A DNA stretch of 51,207 bases from a bacterium (GTDB lineage Bacteria; Krumholzibacteriota; Krumholzibacteriia; LZORAL124-64-63), in the NCBI GenBank assembly GCA_018829565.1, contig JAHJTW010000142.1, positions 1 through 51,207 on the forward strand. The letters run 5' to 3'. Positions 18,726 to 25,809 of this stretch are shown here, in pieces. The translations under genes were made by a program, and so were the position numbers. A model generated the notes under the pieces. The model made no database searches. It was not told the origin of the DNA and was given only the letters and a program-made list of their open reading frames with translations. Positions within the stretch are counted from its first letter, which is position 1; every line of letters begins with the position of its first letter.

Positions 18726-21700
18726 CTACCTCAGCAACAGCATCTTCAGCGACTGGTCGATACCCGCGCCGCGCAGGCGATACAGGTACACGCCGGACGG
18801 CATCATCGCGCCATCCGTGTTGCGTCCGTTCCACGTGGCGGTGCGTTCCCCGCCACCCGTGAAGCCGTCCAGCAGGACCTTCACCAGGCGGCCCTGCAGG
18901 TCGAAGACCTCCAGCTTGACCGTCCCGCCCTCGGGCGGCATCACGAAGTGGATCACCGTCGCGGGGTTGAACGGGTTGGGGGCGTTGTGGAGCAGGCCGG
19001 TCTTCAGGGGGATCTCCGGCGCAGGCGTGATCAGGTCCTCGTAGAGCGCGAAGGCCAGGTCGATCGACTGCCCGAACAGCTCGTGCTGCGGCGGGTAGAC
19101 GAGTTCACCCCAGGGGCCGGGATAGGGTTCGGCGCCAAGGCCCCAGACCGCGTCGTCGTTCCAGTGGTCCATGGTGGTCTTCCAGCCGAAGTGCGCCATG
19201 GGATCCAGGGGCCTGGCCTGGACGTCCAGCCAGTAGACCACCGCCTCGTTTTCGGTCCCTTCCTGGATGAACGCCAGGTGCGGGTCGACGTGGAACTTGT
19301 AGAGCCAGCAGGTCCAGTCCGCCGGGAAGACGTACCGGTCGGGCGGATCCATCCATCCTTCCTCGATGTCACCTGCAAAACGCTCCACATTGAAATGCAC
19401 AGGATCGAAGGTGCGGACCCAGAGCACCTCGCCCGGCATGCTGTACCCGGTGGGGCTCTGGTCGGCGGGGATGTCCGCGTGGAAGCTCAGCGTGAACTCC
19501 ACGGCCCTGGGATCCTGTCCGAAGGGCAGGTAGTCGTGGAGCCAGGAACCCCACACATGGATGTCCGTGACCGGCCCGGTGGTCGTGCACAGGAAGTCGT
19601 CCGCCAGCACGTAGGTGTTGCCGGCCTCGTCCACCGAGGCGTTCACGTCGATGCCGAAGGGGCTGAGATCCGGGTGCTGGATCCACTTGAAGACGAACCG
19701 GTCGTCGATGAACTCCTGGTGGTCCTCGACCTCACCGTCGGGCACCGCGCCCGTGGGCAGGATGCCGTCGGGACCGAGGCCGCCCATGGAGCTGAAGCGG
19801 AAGCGGGAGAAGGTCACCGTGAGCTCGGACGCCCAGGCCGGCACCGTGAACGACAGGGTGTTGAGTCCCGCGATCAGGGGCTGCGAGCCGAAGATCCGCT
19901 CCGTTGCATCGAAGGACCCGTTGGCGTTGAAGTCGAACCAGGCATCCAGCATGCCGGCGGCCGACGCGGTCACGTCCACCGTCGCCGTCTGCCCCGGCTT
20001 CAGGACTGACGTGAAGACCACGCCGTCCTCGTCGTCGAGGTTGGCGAGATCGTCCCCGGTTGCGGCCGCATTGGGCTGGCCGTCCGGTTCGCCGTCGATG
20101 AGGGCGCCCAGATGGAATCCCGGGACGATCAGGTGCCGCGGGCCGTTGCTGGCCAGCAGGGTGCGGTAACCCGTGTCGGGCGCGTCGCCGAAGTCGAGTT
20201 CCTCCGGGATCTCGGTGCCCAGGATGCGGAACGCCAGGTCCATGGACTCGGGATGGAATTCATGCTGCGGCGGGTAGATCAGCTCGTACCAGGGGCCCGG
20301 GAAAGGCTCCTGGCCGATGCCCCACACCGCATCGTCGTTCCAGTGGTCCAGGCTGCTCTTCCAGCCGAAGTAGGCCTCCGGATCGTGGGGGAACGCCTTG
20401 ACGTCCAGCCAGTAGACCACCGGATTCGCCTCGGTCCCGGTCTGCCGGAAGGCGACCGTGGGATCGATGGTGAAGGTGTACTCCCAGCAGGTGTAGTCGG
20501 CCGGGAAGATGTACTCGTCGGGCGGGTTCATCCACCCCTCGACGATGTCGACGACCAGGGGTTCGGCCCTGAACGACGCCGCCGGGAAGCCCCATTCCCA
20601 GAGCTCCTCGCCGGGCATGCTGTACCCGTCGGGATTCTGATCGGCCGGGATGTCCTTGTGGATGCTCAGGATGAAGTCCATGGCCAGAGGGTCCTGCCCG
20701 AACGGCAGGTAGTCGTAGAGCCAGGACCCGAAGATCGTGATCTCGGTCAGCAGGCCTGGGCTGGTGCACAGGAAGTCGTCGGCCAGGATGTAGCCCGGCG
20801 TCCCGTGGATCGGCGAGCAGTTGACGTCGATGCCTGTCGGCATGAGGTCCGGCCGCTGCCACCACTTGTACGCGTGTTGCATCTCGATGAAGACCCGGTG
20901 GTCTTCCACCTCGCCGTCGGGGATCCCACCGGTGGGATAGGGTCCGGAGGGGCCCAGGTTGCCGCCGGTGCTGAACCTGAACCGGGCGAAGGTGAACGTG
21001 TTCTGGACCGAACCGGGGGGCACCATGAAGCTCAGGCTGTTGAGCCCGGCCGGCAGGGGCAGGGAGGCGAAGATCTGCTCGGTCGGCTCCCAGCTTCCGC
21101 TCAGGTCGAAGTCCACCCAGGCATCCAGCATCCCGCCGCCCGAGCAGGTGACGTCCACGGTGGCGGGCTGGCCAGGCACGAGGGTCGAGGTGAAGACCAC
21201 CCCGTCCTCGTCCGGCAGGCCGTTGTTGTCGTCGCCGGTGGCCGTGGGATCCGGCTGGCCGTCGGGTTCACCGTCGATGAGGTTCCCCAGGTACAGGGGG
21301 CTCAGCAGGTGCATGGGGCCGTTGCCGGCCGCAAGGGTGGGATAAGTCGGGTCGGGCGCGTCGCCGAAGTCGTACTCCTCCGGGATTTCCGGGCCATCGA
21401 GCACGAAAGCCAGGTCGATGGACTCGCCCGGCCAGGGATGACCCTGGGGATACCGCAGTTCCCACCAGAGACCGGGCATGGGCGCCGGCCCCTCGCCCCA
21501 GACCGCGTCGTCGTTCCAGTGGTCCACGCTGGTCTTCCAGCCGAATCGCTGGGTGCCGTCCCCCATGGGGAAGGCCTTCACGCACAGCCAGTAGACCACC
21601 GGTTCGTTGGGGTTTCCCAGCTGGTAGAAGGCCTCGGGTTCGGGGATGGTGAAGTTGTACTGCCAGCAGACCGTGTCCGCCGGCGGGGGCAGGTACAAGT

Positions 21701-22130
21701 CCGGAGCATCGAGCCAGCCCTCGGCGATGCCCTCCACGTTTGGTTTTAATGATACGGCGCCCACCGGGAAGACCCGCTCCCAGAGCAGCTGCCCGGGGAT
21801 GCTGTACCCGTCGGGGTTCTCGCTGGCGGGGATGTCCGAATAGATCCCGATCTGGAACTCCACCATGCCGGGGTCGTTCTGGGGCAGCATGTCCTGCACC
21901 CAAGAACCCCAGATATGGATGTCGGTCAAAGGACCCTCCTCCTGGCAAAGGAAGTCGTCGGCCAGGATGTAGTCGCGGGGGAAGGGGGAATCGTTCACGT
22001 CGATGCCGGTGATGTCGAGGTCGGGCAACTGGATCCACTTGGCGGTCGCGCCGGGATCCCAGTCGGCCTGGAGCGGGGGAGCTGCCAGCCACAGCAGCAA
22101 GAACCCCGCAAGCCATAAGCGGTTATTCAT
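18726..22130 (-). CDS. Large secreted repeat protein: 3 x ~210-aa unknown domain alternating with 2 x GEVED module, FlgD-Ig-type CTD
   Basis: Signal peptide MNNRLWLAGFLLLWLAAPPLQA; KWxQxPDL...ADDFLC...DHWNDDAVWG...DLAF x3; DFGDAPD...DEDGV...GEVEDH x2; NAPNPFNP...DLQGRLV...WNG...SGVYLYRL...KMLLLR terminus. Confidence 0.85.
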   Translation of the reverse strand: MNNRLWLAGFLLLWLAAPPLQADWDPGATAKWIQLPDLDITGIDVNDSPFPRDYILADDFLCQEEGPLTDIHIWGSWVQDMLPQNDPGMVEFQIGIYSDIPASENPDGYSIPGQLLWERVFPVGAVSLKPNVEGIAEGWLDAPDLYLPPPADTVCWQYNFTIPEPEAFYQLGNPNEPVVYWLCVKAFPMGDGTQRFGWKTSVDHWNDDAVWGEGPAPMPGLWWELRYPQGHPWPGESIDLAFVLDGPEIPEEYDFGDAPDPTYPTLAAGNGPMHLLSPLYLGNLIDGEPDGQPDPTATGDDNNGLPDEDGVVFTSTLVPGQPATVDVTCSGGGMLDAWVDFDLSGSWEPTEQIFASLPLPAGLNSLSFMVPPGSVQNTFTFARFRFSTGGNLGPSGPYPTGGIPDGEVEDHRVFIEMQHAYKWWQRPDLMPTGIDVNCSPIHGTPGYILADDFLCTSPGLLTEITIFGSWLYDYLPFGQDPLAMDFILSIHKDIPADQNPDGYSMPGEELWEWGFPAASFRAEPLVVDIVEGWMNPPDEYIFPADYTCWEYTFTIDPTVAFRQTGTEANPVVYWLDVKAFPHDPEAYFGWKSSLDHWNDDAVWGIGQEPFPGPWYELIYPPQHEFHPESMDLAFRILGTEIPEELDFGDAPDTGYRTLLASNGPRHLIVPGFHLGALIDGEPDGQPNAAATGDDLANLDDEDGVVFTSVLKPGQTATVDVTASAAGMLDAWFDFNANGSFDATERIFGSQPLIAGLNTLSFTVPAWASELTVTFSRFRFSSMGGLGPDGILPTGAVPDGEVEDHQEFIDDRFVFKWIQHPDLSPFGIDVNASVDEAGNTYVLADDFLCTTTGPVTDIHVWGSWLHDYLPFGQDPRAVEFTLSFHADIPADQSPTGYSMPGEVLWVRTFDPVHFNVERFAGDIEEGWMDPPDRYVFPADWTCWLYKFHVDPHLAFIQEGTENEAVVYWLDVQARPLDPMAHFGWKTTMDHWNDDAVWGLGAEPYPGPWGELVYPPQHELFGQSIDLAFALYEDLITPAPEIPLKTGLLHNAPNPFNPATVIHFVMPPEGGTVKLEVFDLQGRLVKVLLDGFTGGGERTATWNGRNTDGAMMPSGVYLYRLRGAGIDQSLKMLLLR
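19050..22040 (-). repeat. Intragenic A-B-A-B-A domain repeats
   Basis: A at ~21406-22040, ~20229-20867, ~19050-19688; B at ~20898-21371, ~19719-20195. DNA blocks such as GTCGTTCCAGTGGTCCA recur in all three A units. Confidence 0.9.
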
Positions 22131-22358
22131 GGGGAACCTCCCGTGATCGAGGTTGGCCGGGCCCACGAGCCGGAGCCGGTGGCGCTCCGGGCCGGAACCC
22201 TGCTGGGGGCGTCCCGGGTCGGCAGGGACGCGAACCCCGCCCGCACTGATGGGCGGGGAAGGGCTTCGATCACGGGGGGATGTGAGGGTCGGATGCTGGT
22301 CCAGGGTGCAGGGCAGTTCAATCCCTTCACCGATGATATCACAGATTCAAAAGGATCG

Positions 22359-23459
22359 CTACCAGTAGGCGACCGCCGGATAGCCAACCCAGTGACCCAG
22401 GGTGTTCGGTGCGGTCACCCCCAGCCGGGTGCCTTCGAGTTGCAGGCGGCCGTCGGTGACGCTGTCGCCGTAACGCAAAAGCGTTCCGGTCAGCGGCCGA
22501 AGATCCAGGTCCTCTTGCAGGCGCAGCGCCGTCGTCAGACCGAAGGGAATGGAGAACAGGCCGCACCAGGTGATGCGGTAGGGCTCGGCGGGATATTCCG
22601 GGCCCTCGCGATTCCAGACCAGCCGGATGAAGGAGGCGATGCCCTCGACCGTCAGGGGCCCGGCCAGGGTCGCCTCGGCCAGGGTCACGTCCTGGGCCCG
22701 GGCGGCGGCGTGGCCCGCCTCGTCGCAGCCGAATGGCGCGTAACCCGCCCCGCCCCAGCCCTCGCAACCGTAGTGGACGGCGTCGGCGGAGATGACGATC
22801 CCGAGATCGCGACCCGGCGCCCAGCCCCGCTCCCGGCAGATCTCCGCCAGGACGCCGGCCAGCCGTCCGGCCACCAGCTCGATGCGATCCGGTTCCATGC
22901 CCGGCACCAGGATGGGCACGAAGGTGAAGTCCCCGACCGCGGCCCCGATCCACGGCAGCATGGCCTCGAGCGAGTGCTCGGCGGCATGGCGCTCGGCGTT
23001 CACCCCCGCCATCCCGGCGGGCATCCGTTCGAGCAGGACATCCCTCAGTTCCGCATCCACCGGATAGTCGCTTCCCGCCACGTTCCAGGCCGCGTCGTCC
23101 TCGAGCAGCAGCTGATCTCTCAACCCGATGCGACGGCAGGCGTGGCACACCCCGAACAGGATCCAGCGCTTCGCCCGCAGGTGGGCCAGGGCGTGGACCG
23201 CGGTGCGTCCGGCGTACAGGTAGTCGTCGTGCGGCAGGATGACCACGGACGCCGTTTCGGCGGAGCGGCGGGCCCGCGGATCGTCCAGGCCTTCCGCGGA
23301 AAACGCCGCGTAGAGGACCTTGGCGAAGTCCTCCCGGCTGACGGCGAAACCCACGGTGTCCCGCTGGGCGCGGACCGTTCCGACGGACCCGGCGGCCACC
23401 ACGGAAGCCGGGAAACACAGGGCGAGCAGGAGCAGGGCGGATGCGATGACTGGGCGCAT
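22359..23459 (-). CDS. MEMO1 / AmmeMemoRadiSam protein B-like protein with signal peptide
   Basis: LPHDDYLYAG, EHSLE, ISADAVHYG, TWCG, YGDS, VGYPAV motifs; GAAAGGA RBS before ATG 23459. Confidence 0.75.
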   Translation of the reverse strand: MRPVIASALLLLALCFPASVVAAGSVGTVRAQRDTVGFAVSREDFAKVLYAAFSAEGLDDPRARRSAETASVVILPHDDYLYAGRTAVHALAHLRAKRWILFGVCHACRRIGLRDQLLLEDDAAWNVAGSDYPVDAELRDVLLERMPAGMAGVNAERHAAEHSLEAMLPWIGAAVGDFTFVPILVPGMEPDRIELVAGRLAGVLAEICRERGWAPGRDLGIVISADAVHYGCEGWGGAGYAPFGCDEAGHAAARAQDVTLAEATLAGPLTVEGIASFIRLVWNREGPEYPAEPYRITWCGLFSIPFGLTTALRLQEDLDLRPLTGTLLRYGDSVTDGRLQLEGTRLGVTAPNTLGHWVGYPAVAYW

Positions 23460-23662
23460 GGCGGTCCTTTCGTTGCCCGGATTGTGGGACATCGTCGGCT
23501 CCGCATCAAGGGGACACCGCCCCGACATGGCCCCCCGCCCCGAAAAAATGCAGAAAAAGCGAAGATTCTTGTAACCGTTCCGCGAATAATGCGCTAGCAT
23601 TCCGCCCGTGAGTTGGAAGCATGAATGCTTCCGTTGCCGCCAACGAAGGAGGATGAGGCGCA

Positions 23663-24040
23663 ATGGCAAAGAAAGTGACCAAGAAGGCTCCGGCCAAAAA
23701 GGCCCCCGCCAAGAAGGCCCCCGCCAAGAAAGCCGAGGCCACCAAGGCCCCGACCCGGAACGAAGTCTACCGCGAGATCGCCGAGAAGACCGGCCTGGCT
23801 CGCAAGGACGTCGTCGCCGTGATCGAGAACCTGAACGACGTCATGACCAAGTCCGTGAAGAAGTTCGGGACCTTCAACTACATGGGTCTGCTGAAGCTGA
23901 CCCTGGTGAAGAAGCCCGCGGTCAAGGGCGGCAAGCTGGTGAAGAATCCCTTCACCGGCGAGATGGTCAAGCAGAAGCCGCGCCCGGCATCGCGCTCGGT
24001 CCGCGTGCGTCCTCTGAAGGCCATGAAGGACAACCTGTAG
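23663..24040 (+). CDS. HU/IHF-family DNA-binding protein with N-terminal (KKAPA)n tail
   Basis: IAEKTGLARKDV...KNPFTGE...KPRPASRSVRVRPLKAMKD; AAGGAGG upstream; 15-bp tandem repeats at 23681-23734. Confidence 0.9.
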   Translation: MAKKVTKKAPAKKAPAKKAPAKKAEATKAPTRNEVYREIAEKTGLARKDVVAVIENLNDVMTKSVKKFGTFNYMGLLKLTLVKKPAVKGGKLVKNPFTGEMVKQKPRPASRSVRVRPLKAMKDNL

Positions 24041-24068
24041 AACAAGGTCCTGGGTGCAATCAGGAGTG

Positions 24069-24100
24069 CGACCCCTGCGCCAGCGTGGGGGTCGTTTTTT
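24069..24100 (+). terminator. Rho-independent terminator of the HU gene
   Basis: CGACCCCTGCG / CGTGGGGGTCG stem followed by TTTTTT. Confidence 0.85.
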
Positions 24101-24106
24101 CGCCTG

Positions 24107-24135
24107 AAAAAAGGGGTCCGGAACGACCGGACCCC
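24107..24135 (-). terminator. Rho-independent terminator of gene 24169-24894
   Basis: GGGGTCCGG / CCGGACCCC 9-bp stem followed on the minus strand by T6. Confidence 0.85.
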
Positions 24136-24168
24136 CCGAGCCCGCGCACGGGCCTGCTGCAAAGAGGA

Positions 24169-24894
24169 CTACCGGAACAGGGCCTTGACCTCGCCGAAGG
24201 AAGCGTCCTGGGAGGGAATGACCGTGTCGGCGTAGAAGATGATGTTGTCGTAGAACACGCCCGAGCCCTGGTACAGGGTGGCAAAGTTGCCGAAGCCGAA
24301 CTGGAGGAGCTGACCCACCAGCGAGGCGTCGATGTTGATGGTGATCGAGTAGGTCGACCAGGTGGACGGGATCGCCGTCATGTCCAGCTGGATGTTGTTG
24401 GTCGTGGCGTAGCCGGCGGCGGGGTTCAGGGTCTTGATGAAGGCCCAGGCCGTGGAGTCCAGTTCCAGGTTGCCCAGCTTGGCGTCGAAGACGAAGGTCC
24501 AGGTCTCGCCGACGTCGCCGGCGCCGATCGTCTGCTCCTGGAACAGGAGGGATTCGATGTGCGCGCCGTTGGCGTGGTCGGCGTTGTTGTAGTCGCTGAA
24601 GGCGACCAGCTGCTGCATGCCCTGGGACGCTCCGCCCTCGCCGGAGGCGATGGCGCTGAAGGCGGCGCCGTCGTTGGGAGCGGGGAACACGCCGTAGCCG
24701 TACCAGTAGGCCCAGTCCGGACCGAAGACGTTGGCGAAGACCAGCCAGCCGTCATTGCCCAGCGCGCCGGTGTCGGCCTGGTTCAAGCTCTCGAAGTCCT
24801 GGCTGTACCCGTTGATGGCCAGACCCGTGGCAGGAGCCATGCAGAGGATGGCTGCGACTGCGACCAGTGCGATAGCGCGAAGTTTCATTTTCAT
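24169..24894 (-). CDS. Secreted hypothetical beta-rich protein with C-terminal SFGEVKALFR motif
   Basis: GAGAGG RBS; signal peptide MKMKLRAIALVAVAAILCMAPATGLA; QDFES...YDNIIF bracket suggests a jelly-roll; has its own promoter and terminator. Confidence 0.8.
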   Translation of the reverse strand: MKMKLRAIALVAVAAILCMAPATGLAINGYSQDFESLNQADTGALGNDGWLVFANVFGPDWAYWYGYGVFPAPNDGAAFSAIASGEGGASQGMQQLVAFSDYNNADHANGAHIESLLFQEQTIGAGDVGETWTFVFDAKLGNLELDSTAWAFIKTLNPAAGYATTNNIQLDMTAIPSTWSTYSITINIDASLVGQLLQFGFGNFATLYQGSGVFYDNIIFYADTVIPSQDASFGEVKALFR

Positions 24895-25003
24895 TGACCT
24901 CTCGTTGAAGACGATCCCGTGGTTACCCTTGAATCCCGAGTCCTGTGGCGGCAACCTTGCGGGGCCCGCAGGCACGGCATTCCCTCACGATCCCAATGGA
25001 ACG

Positions 25004-25035
25004 ATTATAGACTATGTTCGGATTCCGAATCAAGT
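25004..25035 (-). promoter_or_regulatory. ROK-like operator (25011-25035) overlapping promoter TTGATT-N18-TATAAT
   Basis: ACTATGTTCGGATTCCGAATCAAGT; minus-strand -35 at 25033-25028 and -10 at 25009-25004. Confidence 0.75.
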
Positions 25036-25375
25036 CCAAAATGCACGATTGTCGAGAAAATTTTCTGTCCGAAGAATGAAATTTCTCCCCTGAAGCCGAA
25101 ATCGAAGGATGCGAATTTATCATATTGTCATTCAAGGACTTACGATCGGCTGGCCCAGTGGGTGCCCTCGGCAGGTCGGCGAGGGCCCCCGCCGCTGCCG
25201 TGCCCCTTCACCCCGCAATGAGCGCGCTGCGACAGCCTCGGCCCGATTTCGGTTGCCGCTCAAAATCCGGTTGAAGGTCCCGAGGCACAGGAACGAGGTA
25301 GAGCCTGCCCAGCCCAGGGGTTTGAATTTTTATGAACCAGCTGGGTTCGCAAGAACCCAGCTGGTGGATAATCAG

Positions 25376-25498
25376 TCAAAATAAATGGCATGCAGATCGC
25401 ACAATGATCGTCCTCGTCATCGCAGGCCAGGCTGACATTGCGGTTTGGAGGACAGCGAGAAACCCGGTCAACAATGCTTGAGGAATCCTGAATCTCAT
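25376..25498 (-). CDS. Possible 40-aa small protein or frameshifted remnant
   Basis: TGGTATAAT extended -10 (25553-25545), GAGAGG RBS, MRFRIPQALLTGFLAVLQTAMSAWP..., followed by a perfect hairpin. Confidence 0.3.
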   Translation of the reverse strand: MRFRIPQALLTGFLAVLQTAMSAWPAMTRTIIVRSACHLF

Positions 25499-25809
25499 GG
25501 TCCAACCTCTCGGTCCCTGATATGAATTGGAATATGCGCCAATCATTATACCACGAAAATCCCCCGGGGGGCGCCCGCCCCCTCTCCAACGGCAGCCATT
25601 CATCACGAACCCGGGACCGAAACTAGCGTCCAGATGCGGGTTTCGCGCCTCTCAGGCAAAATATCGGCCAATCATTCAATCCGGCCCGACCGCAGGAGCG
25701 GAAGGTTCTTTTCGGATTTTTCCGCCGGAATCCTCATCTTGCCCCATGCCGAAAACAACGGCCGCCGAACCTTTTGGGCTCGGCGGCCGATCATTCGATG
25801 CCGAAAGAG

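Noticed and set aside
19050-22040. Repeats as a CRISPR array or DGR template/variable pair
   Set aside because: They are long in-frame protein domain duplications; I saw no spacer structure, no obvious adenine-specific divergence, and no cas or reverse transcriptase gene.
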